64,000 nucleotides of DNA from Octopus sinensis (lineage: Eukaryota), in the NCBI RefSeq assembly GCF_006345805.1, contig NC_043011.1:55626464-55690463 (forward strand), in the 5' to 3' direction. How positions within the stretch are numbered: the first letter of the stretch is position 1; each line of letters begins with the position of its first letter. Of the stretch, positions 1 through 12,429 are shown in pieces. Under the pieces are notes generated by a model. That model did no database searches. It saw nothing but the letters and a program-made list of their open reading frames with translations, and was not told where the DNA came from. The translations under genes were made by a program, and so were the position numbers.

Positions 1-840
1 CTAAGCATCCCACCTGGCATTTGACAAAGACTATTTTCTGCACAATTCTAGTGTTCTTTGTTCCTATATAACTGCCACACACAACAACTACTTTCTCTGT
101 TAACCTCCTTCTGATACTGCTGCACCTCTTATGTGTCCATAACTTGCACCGGGTGCACCTTATGGAGTTTCTACCTATACCTTTTCTACATATCAAGCAG
201 AGGGGTTTGTGATTTGTCTGTTTTCCTACTTACTAGGACTTTGGTCTTTGCTAAATTAACTCTAAAGCACTTTGATTCCAAACCTTGCTTCATCATCATC
301 ATAATCATCATCGTTTAACGTCCGCTTTCCATGCTAGCATGTGTTGGACGATTTTGACTGAGGGCTGGCGAACCAGATGGCTGCACCAGGCTCCAATCTT
401 GATTTGGCAGAGTTTCTACAGCTGGATGCCCTTCCTAACGCCAACCACTCCAAGAGTGTAGTGGGTGCTTTTTACATGCCATTGGCACGGAGCCAGTCAG
501 GTGGTACTGGCAATGACCTAGCTCGAATCTTTTTACACATGCCACCAGCACAGGTGCCAGTAAGGCGACGTTGGTAACGATCACGCTCGAATGGTGCCCA
601 CATACCTGAAATTTTGTCTCTAGTTCTGGTAGTGATTCAGCTATTAAAACAAAGTCATCAACATAGGGGCAGCCCATCTTAAATCCCTCTGTTATAGGCT
701 AGAGAACTATGATGAACAAGAGAGGGCTGAGGACCGATCCCCAGTGAACTCCTATATGCACACTGAATTCATTGTTAACTTTCACCTTACTGACAGCATC
801 CCTGTACGGCTCTCACCAGCCACTCATCTATCCCTAGATA
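1..840 (-). mobile_element. Decayed RTE-clade LINE reverse transcriptase fragment, interrupted by an RTE 3'-end copy at 290-598
   Basis: Minus-strand translation gives GSVLSPLLFIIV...YVDDFVLIAESLPELETKFQV...LESKCFRVNLAKTKVLV, followed by a Cys/His finger. Homologous to 46765-47710. Confidence 0.85.
290..598 (-). mobile_element. Family A: RTE LINE 3' end/SINE-like copy with (GAT)n tail
   Basis: catcatcgtttaacgtccgctttccatgctagcat...cagctggatgcccttcctaacgccaaccac, which recurs about 20 times in the window. Confidence 0.9.
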
Positions 841-964
841 AGGGAGCAAAAATAATTTGTAAAAAAGGCACCTGAGATTGATCCAGAGAAACAATCAAAT
901 AAAGCAATCAACATCTTTCCCTGTGACGATTTCTATCCTTATTAACTGTGTCTGTGTTATGATA

Positions 965-1392
965 TGATTGTTACCAGCGTCGCCTTACTGGCACTTGTGC
1001 CTGTGCTAGTAGGGTGCCAAGAGCACCATCCGAGCTTGAACGTTGCCAGAGCAGCCAACTGGTTTCTGTACCTGTGGCACGTAAAAGGGCACCATTCGAG
1101 CATGATCGTTACCAACGTCGCTTCACTGGCACCTGTGCCGATGGCATGTGTAAAAAGATTCGAGCAAGGTCATTGCCAGTACCGCCTGACTGGCCCCTGT
1201 GCCTGTGGCACGTAAAAAGCACCCACTACACTCTCGGAGTGGTTGGCGCTAGGAAGGGCATCCAGCTGTAGAAATTCTGCCAGATCAGATTGGAGACTGG
1301 TGCAGCCATCTGGTTTGTCAGACCTCAGTAAAATCGTCCAACTCATGCTAGCATGTGAAGCGGACGTTAAACGATGATGATGATGATGATGA
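965..1392 (+). mobile_element. Family A copy
   Basis: Ends gcggacgttaaacgatgatgatg; internal gtgccNgtggcac units. Confidence 0.9.
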
Positions 1393-1974
1393 CTGCTATC
1401 CATTCTGGCATGGTTTGGACTTTGTAGGTACATATCTATAAAACTGAGATAATTTCAGCCTTCATAACACCAATGTTGGTACAAGGAAGTTGATAACATC
1501 CACACAAACCTTCAGCTTAATTAATATCATTAATCATGTGTTTCTATCTATCTCAATATAAAGTTGATTAGTTATTGGACATTTGGGTTTCAAATCATTG
1601 TTTTTTAATTATGATTTGTGTTTATCAATTTAATCTTCTATTATAGGGGCAGATTTATCTGTTAATATCTCAGCAGACATTTGTTTATGATTAAGTATTC
1701 AGTGTATTGCTTAACCACTTTTCTTGTTTACAGGTGTGATTATAGGGATTAAACAGGTACACTTAACCACAGTTAATCCCAAAACCCATTTATATATACT
1801 TGCAGAAATACTGACCCCAAGGCAGTATTTCTGGTTGTCATTATGTTAAGGATGTACAACATGCATGCATGAATACATACATACATACTGCTCTCTTTTT
1901 TTTCTGTCTTTTGACCTTCTCCAACAAGAAAGAAAGCCACCAAGTGGTTCTTATTGCATCACTAGGGTTGTGGA

Positions 1975-2540
1975 TTGATAGAATTGTTAAAACATTGGAC
2001 AAAATTGTCTTGCAGTATTAAGTTATGACTCTTCAGAGCCTGAGTTCCATTCCTACCAAGATCAACTTTGGGATCTTTTCGGTTTGACTGGCAGTTTTTT
2101 AAAATAATTCCCACGTAACTAAACACTTTTAAACTTCATATACTGGTAGAATTTGTTTATAAAACATCTTTTTCTCTTGGCTTTCTTGAGAAAATTCTAT
2201 GGTTTGTAAGATATTTGTTTCTTCTTTTCTTCAATTTCTGCAATTTCAACCAATCAATGACGTCCATTGAGGTAAAAAAAACATTCTGTGCCGTATGAAT
2301 ATGTCCCTTGTTTAAGAAACAGATTGGGTTTATTTACATTTCTGAAGAAAAAAAAGATACCCTAACCCTAATCCTAAAACAGATTGAAATGCAATAGATC
2401 GATACTAGGGTCATAATTATGGGTGACAATTTCATATGACACCGCTAAAAAAAACTGCCGTTCAAACCGAAAAGATCCCAACTTTGCCTTTCATATATGT
2501 AAAAGGTTGATAAAATAAAGTATCATTCAAATATTTGGAT
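1975..2540 (+). mobile_element. Old family B SINE split by a MITE
   Basis: ctgagttccattcctaccaagatcaacttt|...|gcctttcat...gttgataaaataaagta rejoins into the family B consensus. Confidence 0.65.
2071..2478. mobile_element. MITE with about 29-bp TIRs and 8-bp TSD (Merlin-like termini)
   Basis: TIRs ggatcttttcggtttgactggcagttttt / aaaaactgccgttcaaaccgaaaagatcc; CAACTTTG on both sides (2063-2070, 2479-2486). Confidence 0.85.
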
Positions 2541-3399
2541 TGATTTACTTAATTTGTCTTCTTTCTGTTAGAAATCATTAGTGAAAGATTTGTAGAATGG
2601 TTAGAGCATCAGCAAAAATGCCTTTGTGCTACGTTATCTCCTTCCCAATTTATAAGTGGCTTGTGTCAACATAGAATTGTAATCCTTTCTAATTCTGTAG
2701 AATTGGGGTTTGTTTTGCAATCTTTCTAGTAATAACAATCAACGACTGGCACTCATTGGGGGGTTTTTTCCACCCCCACCCCACCTGTCTCTTTATCAAA
2801 ATGTTTAAATGATCAATGCTTTTTCAATTCAGTTGGGCTGAGATTAATTTCCGATCAGACTTTATTATTCCAGCAAGAAGATGAATTGTGGCAAATGTTC
2901 TTAAACTTACAGGATTAACTTTTTGGTGTTGCAGGTCTTAGTTGTATCATTGTTGACATTGTATTGACTTGGTGCTTCCCCAATGTTCCGATCAGATTGG
3001 ATTTCGGTAGGATTGTTCAAAAGAATCGCAAACTGATCTTATTTCATTGGTAAACTAATAAATTAAATATGCCAAACGATTAATTAAACTCTAATTAAAC
3101 CCTAGGTCCTTTGTCACTGAAGGAAAACTGTTTACAACACACCTATGAACCATCTCAAATACAACAGTTCACTTCTTCGAAATTATTTATAATAAAAGTG
3201 ATTATTTTTTGCGGCAATAACTCTAACTTCAGGGACCAAAACTTTTCCTTCATTTTAAAAAATTTTTTGTGTATTCTTCCACTTATTTTTAAAATTATTA
3301 TTTCCCTAATATTGTAAAGATTTACAGACGTTTTAGGAATGAGTTTATAGGACAGAAAGCAGAACTCATTTGTAAATCTTTTCTTTAAGAAGATCTTGC

Positions 3400-4780
3400 C
3401 AGTGAGCGGCATTAACCATTTCAAACTGACCGGCACTTCCTCACAGACTCACTCGTCACAACAATTTTAAGAATTTCCGCCTCTGTACTTCTTTTTTACT
3501 TAGTTATCTCTGTTGCTTCAGGATTCAATATAAAAACAAAATATGGACCATTTCGTGGTAAAATAATTGAATAAATCCCAAATCATAGAAATGGCTATAT
3601 TTTAATCTCTCTTTTATTAATTGAATTCCTTTTAAAAGGTTATTGACGGCATAGAAGATTTACGCCGAAGGTAGTATTTTTGTAGCGGGGACAAAATATG
3701 GTGAACACCGATTACTGCAGTGTCCGCTCAACTTTATTATTGTTTTTCTCTTAAATCTGTCATTTATTGTAAATTGTCATCGCATCTGGTTTAGATTTCT
3801 TTAAACAGCTTTTATCTGTTGTTTAACTAAGTATAAAGATTTCGTTTTATCCTCGGTTACATTACATTATCAATATTTTTGCAGTTTATAATATTAATTG
3901 TTTCAATATTAATTGATTTTGAGACGATTTTGATTCGAATATAAAATATTTCGGTTTTTTAAAAGTTCATATTAAAAGTCTTCTTCATGGCTAATAAAGA
4001 AGTTTGGCGACCAGTTGAAGTTAAATTCACACTATTTAGGATTTTTAATATATATTTGGGAGAGACGTGGACGTCAAAACTTAGGAATTCTTTAAAATAG
4101 TCTTGTTTAGTCTGTCCAACTAAAAACTGCATCGAAGCAGTAACGGATTCTTACATTACGGTTTTGTGAGAATGTAATGCATAATAAACGAAATCATGTT
4201 TCAGATATTGTCTTCTTATTCAGAGTATCTGTGTGAAACAATGCTGATGATGATGATGATATTCTCCGTTCGTAGCAAAAAAATGTTCACTGCTTTCCAA
4301 CCCAAGAAATATATTTTTAAAAGTCCCCACCCATTATTACCGATTTAAAGCCTCCCTCTCTCACAGATCTCTTCTCAACCGAATAACCAACGTTTTTACA
4401 GCCACTAGTTATTGATTGAGTAAATTACATAACATAATATTATTTTATACTCTTAATTTTTAATACAGAAGCAATTAATGATTATTAAGCGTAAGCAATA
4501 TTTAATGCCCAACACGCGACGCCCATTCTCAAGCGGCAACTGCAGTTTACGTAGCTAAAATGGCTGCACATTTGCTGGGTGAGGTTTTATTCTAATTGAC
4601 TAAATTATTCATTTTTCTGACCATGGATTTTGTCATTTAAACTGTGGAAGTAGTTTCAATAAAGAATAAGCTTTTTTTTTTTTTTACTTATTTATAAAGT
4701 TGACTTAACGTTTTTAGTTTTATCTTTATACACTGTCGTCGGTGGATTAGGTATCATAACCTGTTAGGATATCGATATCA
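3400..4780. promoter_or_regulatory. Putative (possibly divergent) promoter region
   Basis: Repeat-free and locally CpG-containing. ETS-like cacttcct at about 3434, YY1-like aaaatggctgc at 4557, TATCGATA at 4770-4777. Confidence 0.45.
4560..4578 (+). CDS. Possible first coding exon (MAAHLL, phase 1) of an unidentified gene
   Basis: aaaATGgct start context followed by donor G|GTGAGG; no downstream exon identified. Confidence 0.3.
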
Positions 4781-5785
4781 AAGGATCATGTTTACCAGGT
4801 GGCAGATACTACAAGAGTATTTATGTTATGAATACTTGTCCTACATTTGGTAAATTTGGCTGTAAAATATTTTTCAGTTATCAGAATTATCAAATTAACG
4901 GGAAGAAAGTTTGTTTCCTCACTAATTCATACGAATACAGACGTCCACGCATTGATTAACTCGAGTATTGAATCTTAAGTTAGCACTGATGAAGTTTAAT
5001 ATCACAAAATTATTCCGAAAGCTCTAAATAATGTTTGCAGTATACACATTTCAGGTAGCTGAATTTTTGTCTCACTAAATCCTAAATATTTCGTAAAAAT
5101 TTGATATGCAATGAGCATTAGATAGAGACTTATGCAACTAAGAAATAGAGCGATATACTGACACAGACAAGCAGAAAGTTTGGTGCGAATGGGTGCTAGG
5201 TGTAGCAGGTACTGACTGTGAGTAACGGAAGGAGAGATGGATTTAGGCATAAGAAAAAGCAGGCTACAGGTTTTGGCATCAAAATCCACAGGGGGTCTTA
5301 GTGAATAAGTATAATATTAAAAAAAAAATATATAGATATATTTAATTTTTTGAGCTCCACTGATGTAATTTTTAAACAAGAAGCCTGTTTTGTATAGCGA
5401 AATCCAGCACCGGATGGAAAGAATGTTGAGTTTGGGTGATTGAAGAGTTTTTACATGTGAAAACTGTTTGGTGACAAGACGAAGGTCCTGAAGACAGACA
5501 ATTTCAGAGAACTTTTGTTGAGTGTGTTAAGTCAGAATGCTACTATTAGAGCTACTTTAGTTAAGGGGAGGCATGTAGAAGGGTTCTTGTTGTAGAGACT
5601 TTGGCAAGGAACTAGGAGGCTCTTGCAGTTTGTGAAACAGAAGAGCTGACAGGTTGAGCAATGCAAAAAGGTGGGGTTTGTTTCTAAAATAGTAGTCTTT
5701 CAAGTGTTGCTATGGTAGATAACTTTCCCCAGAAATTGTAATCTCTATTTTTGTTCATACTGCAGCAGCACAGTAAGAAAACATA

Positions 5786-6260
5786 GAGCGGCTAACTGGC
5801 TTCTGTGCCAGTGGCACTTAAAAGGCACCATCCGAGCATGATCGTTATCAGTGTCGCCTTACTGGCACTCGAGCCCCGTGCTAGTAGGGTATTAAGAGCA
5901 CCATCCGAGCATGATCGTTGCCAGAGTGGCTATCAGCCTCTGTGCCGATGGCACATAAAAGACACCATTCGAGCCTGATCGTTACCAGCATCACCTTACT
6001 GGCACCTGTGCCGGTGGCATGTGTAAAAGATTCGAGCGAGGTCGGCGCCAGTACCGCCTGACTGGCCCTATGCTGGTGGCACGTAAAAGCACCCACTACA
6101 CTCTCGAAGTGGTTGGCGTTAGGAAGGGCATCCAGCTGTAGAAACTCTGCCAGATCAAGATTGAAGCCTGGTGCAGCCATCTGGTTCACCAGCCCTCAGT
6201 CATTTGTCCAACCCATGCCAGCATGGAAAGCGGACATTAAACAATGATGATGATGATGAT
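5786..6260 (+). mobile_element. Family A copy (long, about 5 internal units)
   Basis: Family consensus plus (GAT)n tail. Confidence 0.9.
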
Positions 6261-6399
6261 AAGCTAGTCTGAAACCTCATCTTTGTGCAATTGTAATTTC
6301 ACTGCTTCTTACCCTGCCGTTATAAAGTACTTTGATAAAATATTGATATACAAAGCCAAAGTTTCCTCACCTGATGATATAGACAGAAATTATATTGAT

Positions 6400-6690
6400 T
6401 GGAGACCAAATTCATTTAAAAAGCCCCGGTTTCAGAAACACCACATTATTGGCTAAATATATCTGGAATTTTAAAGACAGAAAAACAAAACAGAACAAAA
6501 AAACTGATAATATTATTACAATAAACTAGTCAGCTATTAAAAATGCAAACCCTACTTCATCATTGGCAATACCAGTCAAATCTACTTAGCAGAGAAATTT
6601 GATATTTTCATAGAGCTACATATTATTAAATAAAAAGTCTGAACTGGTTTCAAACTGCTGACATGAAGGTTGTTATTTCTCAGGAGAATT
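6400..6690 (+). mobile_element. Penelope-like element GIY-YIG endonuclease C-terminal relic
   Basis: LAKYIWNFKD...KCKPY...LAEKFDI...LNKKSELVSNC, with frameshifts and stops. Confidence 0.7.
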
Positions 6691-7030
6691 TTTTATTATA
6701 TCTCTAACTCATGCTTAATTTTTTTTTATTTAATGCCATCTACTTCTCTGTTTTTAGATGAACTCTATTCTGTGAAGTGCATGGTCTATATATATTGATC
6801 ATCAATGAAAAAAAAAAGAAAACCTTTTACAGAAAAAGTTTATATAAATATTTTACAAAATATATTTTGTAAGGCTGCTGCAAAGCATCTGTAATACTAT
6901 CATGATAAAGTTTATATTTGCTTTTTCATTGTAGTAAAGATTGTTTGCCAACATAACATGGCAGTCCTGGTTTAGGATGAATGTTTGCTGTAATTTAGCC
7001 CCAGGAGACATCGTCTCCAGCTGGTTATAT

Positions 7031-7338
7031 GACATGATCTGTGTCCTTATATTTTCAAACAAGGGATTCTAGCACCCCCACTCAGCTCAAAACAACACCT
7101 GTGTATTGCAATTTCCCTTCATCAGCACAGAATAATTGTTCGGCTACAGGTGCGACTGCCAAATTCCCATTTGAAATATATAGTTTTCAAAGTGACAACT
7201 AATCACTGATCTTTAAATTAGAAAATTACTATTTTTAAATCTCACAACATGAGATATTCAGCAACAGTACTTTGTGGTAAAGATTGAGTGGGGGTGCTAG
7301 ATTCCCTTGTTTGAAAATATAAGGACACAGCTCGTGTC
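7031..7338. repeat. Foldback with about 54-bp inverted arms
   Basis: 7039-7084 matches the reverse complement of 7285-7330 with 1 mismatch. Confidence 0.9.
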
Positions 7339-7469
7339 CTTATATTCTTCTATTATGTATATTTATTATTATTATTATATATATTCTCTATTTTATATCA
7401 AACGAATAAAGAAAGATAAGTTGAAATGTCACCTTCCAGAGTGTGTATATATATATACATTTCAGTTAC

Positions 7470-8205
7470 ATGCACTCCATTTATCTCATATAAGCATTGT
7501 AAGGCATCTAAAAACCACTTGGGTACATAAATTGCTATGACATTTGGGTACCTCACAATTTAATCAGAAAAATTTTAATGGACTGCATTTCCATCCACAA
7601 CTCTCAGTTCAAATGTAACTAAAACAACCCGTTTTGGGGAAGAATAATCACAGGTGAGGAACACTGGATTGTTTACAACAATGTGGAGCAAAAAAAAGAT
7701 CTTGGTAAAATGAAATGAGTCACTGTTAACCATTCCAAAAGCTGGTCTGCATCCAAAGAAAATGATGTTATGTACTTGGTGGGATAGGAAAGGCATTGTG
7801 AATTATGAGAATCCTTTCATGAAACATTGTTTATTACCGGACTGACTGAAGGCAGATGCAAAGTGTTTTTCGAATTGGCCCATTGAAAGAGTGTCATCTT
7901 CCTTCAAGATAATGTCAGACCTCAAATCTGTTTACAGATATGGCAGAAATTAGTGCAGTGTTGCTGGGATGTTCAGCCTCAGCCACCAAACTCACCTCAT
8001 TTTGCTCCTTCAGATTATAACTTACTTCAATCCTACAAAATCCTCTTAATGAGAAGTAATTCAATTCATCGTGTGTCTGTAAAAACTACTTAGACCAGTT
8101 CATCACTCAGAAAGATGCCAAGTCCTCAAATGATGCACTCATGGAACTGCCCCAAAGATGGAAAATGGTAGTGGCACAAAATGGCACACATTTAGTTGGA
8201 TAAAT
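7470..8205 (+). mobile_element. Mariner transposase pseudogene
   Basis: IWVPHNL, RIITGEEHWIVYNN, PKAGLHPKKMMLCTWWDRKGIVNYE, VIFLQDNVRP, PPNSPHFAPSDY, LPQRWKMVVAQNG. Confidence 0.9.
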
Positions 8206-8377
8206 ACATGTACCAATATCTATCTTACTCTAGCTTGTCTGGATCATATCAGTAGGGTGAAGAGGGTCTATGAGGTGCTATGCAAACCTTGTTGGATCTA
8301 AAATTTTACATTTTACAATTGCTAGTCATGTGACTTTCTGATGTCTGGCAAGCAAGTAGAAGGGCACTGCAGTGAGA

Positions 8378-8670
8378 ATCATCATCATCATCATCACCAT
8401 CACCATCACCATCATCATCATCATCATCGTTTAACGTCCATTTTCCATACTAGCATGGGTTGGATGGTTCGACCGGGGTCTGGGAAGCCAGGAGGCTGCA
8501 CCAGGCTCCAGTCTTGATCTGGCAGTGTTTCTACAGCTGGATGCCCTTCCTAACACCAACCACTCCGTGAGTGTAGTGGGTGCTTTTTACGTGCCACCAG
8601 CACAGGTGCCAGGGGAGGCTGGCAACAGCCAGCCACAATCGGTTGGTGCTTTTTACGTGCCACTGGCACA
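8378..8670 (-). mobile_element. Family A copy (subfamily with gggtctgggaagccaggagg)
   Basis: Family consensus with (CAT)n at left. Confidence 0.9.
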
Positions 8671-9045
8671 GAATATATATATATATATATTAGAAGAAGT
8701 GAGGTAATCAGAAGATCGGATGGTTTATATTTACAGATATTTATTTATATATTACATTTTTTACATATATATCATATCACTTAGATCATTAGCGCTTTCT
8801 CCCATTCTAGTTGGGTCTTCAAATCAAAATAAGTTCCTTTGTGGGGAATTTTAATCATTTTATAGAGTTTCATAGTGGTGGGGAGGAATATAAGACAGTA
8901 CAAGGTGGATGAGGAGAAAGTGAGAGAGAGAACATGTGTGTATGTATATGTGTGTGTGTGTTTGTAATCTGAGGTGAGTGCTAAAGAGAAAGAGGGGAAG
9001 GGAGAGGGAAGAAGAAGGAAAGAATTTTTTTGGTCTGCTGGACAG

Positions 9046-9198
9046 AATATTGACTCCAAGGGGGTTCTAAGAATTTCAACTTTGACCACTTCACAGTGTC
9101 ACTGAGTGTGTGGTGGCGGGGAGGTAGGCCATAATATTGACTCCAAGGGGGTTCTAAGAATTTCAGCTTTGACCACTTCACAGTGTCATTGAGTGTGT
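9046..9198 (+). repeat. 66-bp direct duplication, period 87
   Basis: 9046-9111 vs 9133-9198, 2 mismatches. Confidence 0.9.
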
Positions 9199-9208
9199 TA
9201 TATATATG

Positions 9209-9252
<44 letters not shown>

Positions 9253-9380
9253 TAATAATGATAATTTCATTTGGGTGTTAATTTAGGAATTTACCCTATT
9301 AAGCTCATCCATGGGGCCAAACTATCAAATAGATTTATCAAACATGCCTAAAAATCCAAAATATCCACAGAGTTTTTTGC

Positions 9381-9739
9381 AATTATAAACAAGGAGAATG
9401 GAGTGCGGAAGTTCTTTTATTACATCAATTTACAATTGTTTCGTCTGAATTTGATCTCATGAATATTGCTATATTATGCAATAATATATGCAACTGGTGG
9501 TTCATGAGGTGTCATTGTAATGGCACACACTGAATTCAGTTCTTGAGAATTATGTATGAAAGCCATTTGCAAATGATTCTGAAGAACTGAATTCGATATG
9601 TGTCAATAACACCTCATGAATCAATAGCTGAATACATCATTACATAATACGGTGATTGTCATGAGAATGAATTCAGACAGAAGAATTGTGAGTTGATGTT
9701 ACAAAAGAATTAGTTCACTCCATTCCTCTTGCTATAATT
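9381..9739. repeat. Old imperfect foldback of about 360 bp
   Basis: aattat..gaatggagtg..catgaggtgt..gaattcagttctt mirrored by aagaactgaattc..acacctcatg..cactccattc..ataatt. Confidence 0.75.
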
Positions 9740-9745
9740 ATACAA

Positions 9746-9985
9746 AGGCAGCGAGGTGGTAGAAACGTTAGCATGTCGGGCGAAATGCTTAGTGGTATTT
9801 CGTCTGCGGTTACGTTCTGAGTTCAAATTCCGCCGAGGTCAGATTAAATAAGGCATAGTGAATTCCTTTCGGGGTCGATTAAATAAGTACCAGTTACGCA
9901 CTGGGGTCGATATAATCGACTTAATCCATTTATCTGTCCTTGTTTGTCCTCTCTGTGTTTAGCCCCTTGTGGGTAGTAAAGAAAT
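9746..9985 (+). mobile_element. Family B tRNA-derived SINE
   Basis: A-box-like 5' end, B box gagttcaaattcc, core cctttcggggtcgat..aagtaccag, 3' end gtaaagaaata. Confidence 0.9.
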
Positions 9986-10039
9986 ATATAATTATACAAA
10001 CAAACATACATACGTACATACATACGTACATATGTGATG

Positions 10040-10619
10040 CATATGGATGAGGAGAGCTGTGTAAAGAAGGGCCAATCTCTAATGGTGGAGGGAACCTGTG
10101 GAAGAGGTAGACCCAGGAAGACATAGAATGAGGTAGTGAAGCATGATCTTTGAACATTGGTTCTCACAGGGGCAATGACAAGTGACCGAGACCTTTGCCT
10201 ATACGCCATGCTTGAGAAGACCCGTCAAGCTAAGTGAAATTGTAGTTGTGGCTGATGCCAGTGTCACATAGTTGGTACCCATGCGGGTGGCACGTAAAGG
10301 GCACTCTAGAAACCCAGGGGCTCACATAGGCAGTGACAAATGACTGAGACCTCTGGCGATATATTGTGCTTGAGAAGACCAGTCAAGCCAAGTGACATCA
10401 TAGTCATGGCCAATGTCAGTGTTACATAACTGGTACCTGTACTGGTGGCACTTAAAAAGGCATCCACTACACCCTTAGAGTGTTTGGTGTTAGGAAGGGC
10501 ATCAAGCTGTAGAAACCATGCCAAATCAGATTGGAACCTGGTGCAGCAGTTTTCAGTCAAACCATCCAACCCATGCCAGCTTGTAAAACGGACATTAAAT
10601 GATGATGATGTTGATGATA
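10040..10619 (+). mobile_element. RTE ORF C-terminus (partly duplicated) running into the family A 3' UTR and (GAT)n tail
   Basis: MDEESCVKK...VEGTCGRGRPRKT..EVVKHDL; links family A to the RTE LINE. Confidence 0.85.
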
Positions 10620-10750
10620 TATACATACATATATAAATTCAAAATGAGGGTGAGAAATTAGATATTAATTTAATTAACATCGATTTCACACTAGTGGTCT
10701 AGCAAATAAAAAAAACTGAAGGTTCAGTATAATTGTATTATATACATATA

Positions 10751-11134
10751 CTAGCAGTGTCGGGTTTGTAAGGGAAATAAATATATAAGCATTTTTAGAC
10801 ATGTAAAGTATAATAGCCATCTCAATATGGCTAACCACAAAGGGGGGGGGGTGTTACTGTAGCTTTTTACGTTCTGAGATTTAATAATAAATTTTTAGAG
10901 AGTTACTTCCCTTATATATGCCAAAAATGCATTAAAAATGACAAAATTGATGGTAAATTTTTTTTTAAATCGTAGACTCATCGTAGACGTGTGCTAATAC
11001 CCAGAAGGGCTCGATATGAATCACGACTATAAGATACCCGGTTTTGGTTAAACTGCACCGCAAAATGTGGGAGTAGTTAGGAATCTAAATCGTAGGAGAC
11101 AGACAGCACACAACCTCTCTTTTATATATAAAGA
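10751..11134 (-). mobile_element. Non-autonomous Helitron
   Basis: Minus strand reads A|TCtttatatataaaa...CTAG|T with no TSD. Confidence 0.7.
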
Positions 11135-11581
11135 TATGTTCTTATATATGTATATGTGTGTATATGTGCATGTGTGTGTGTGTGTATGTATGCATGTTTG
11201 TATGTCTTCTCTTTCTCTTTTTAATTTAGAGTAAATTTTGAACGGCCACCAGCTTAGTAGCAAGGTTGTGAAAGAAAGTATCTTGATTTAACTGTCATCC
11301 CTTAAATCCTAAGAAGATCTTACGGATTTTTAGAAATCCAAAATATCACAATCATTTGTTGCTTATAAATGAAAGGTTTGCATTCTCTCCCCCAAATCCC
11401 AAGTTCAGCCATGCTTTGATCCAGACAGGTTTTGTATGGATCCTGTTGATAAAGTGGGTATGAAGCTGAAAGTGCATCTTGGGGACTGGATTTGTAAACT
11501 ATTTATGTATGTGGGTATGTACATATTTTTTGGCGAATGTGTGTGTTTCAAGTGAGGGTGGATGAGTATATACATATAGCC

Positions 11582-11808
11582 TTTCTTTACTGCCCACAAG
11601 GGGCTAAACATAGAGGGGACAAACAAGGACAGACGTGTTTAAGTCGATTATATTGACCCCAGTACGTAACTGGTACTTAATTTATCGACCCCGAAAGGAT
11701 GAAAGGCAAAGTCGACCTCGGCGGAATTTGAACTCAGAATGTAAAGCCAAACGAAATATTGCTAAGCATTTCGCCCGGCGCGCTAACGTTTCTGCCAGCT
11801 TGCCGCCT
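11582..11808 (-). mobile_element. Family B SINE
   Basis: Near-consensus reverse copy. Confidence 0.9.
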
Positions 11809-12116
11809 TATATATATATATATAGGCACATGTACATGGGTGTGCGGGTGTGCATGTGTAGGTATGGACATGCACGCTTACGCACTTACTATGAACATTT
11901 TTACTCCCTTGCCTCACTTAGCGGTCATTCTAATAGCTCTTTTGTCTTAATAATAGTCAATCACACAGCAATTTTCCTTTGTTATAACGGTCATTTTCAT
12001 AGCATTTTTTTCAATGGCCCGATAGCTGAAGAGATGCTGGCATGGGTTTCACTCCCAACATCCGAAACTCAGAGTTTTATCATGGCTACTGAATAATTGT
12101 CACATATTATATTTAC

Positions 12117-12275
<159 letters not shown>

Positions 12276-12398
12276 TACATCTATCTATCTGTGTGTGTGT
12301 GTCTATGGGTGTGTATATATGCATGCTTGTGTGTATGCTTATAAATACACATTACTAGAACTATACATGTATATTTTTATAGATGCATATATGCATGC

Positions 12399-12429
<31 letters not shown>

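Noticed and set aside
377-577. Recurrent FLQLDALPNANHS ORFs looking like a multigene family
   Set aside because: Antisense translations of the family A repeat, with variable frames and stops.
2359-2380. Interstitial telomere
   Set aside because: Only about 3 units, lying inside a MITE.
3155-3436. 93-aa minus-strand ORF near the promoter
   Set aside because: GTG start, AT-rich low-information composition and no recognisable domain; more likely UTR or intron.
5786-6100. CRISPR-like spacing of palindromic GTGCCnnnGGCAC repeats in family A
   Set aside because: The spacers are homologous to each other and shared across dispersed copies, there are no cas genes, and the context is a eukaryotic retroelement 3' UTR.
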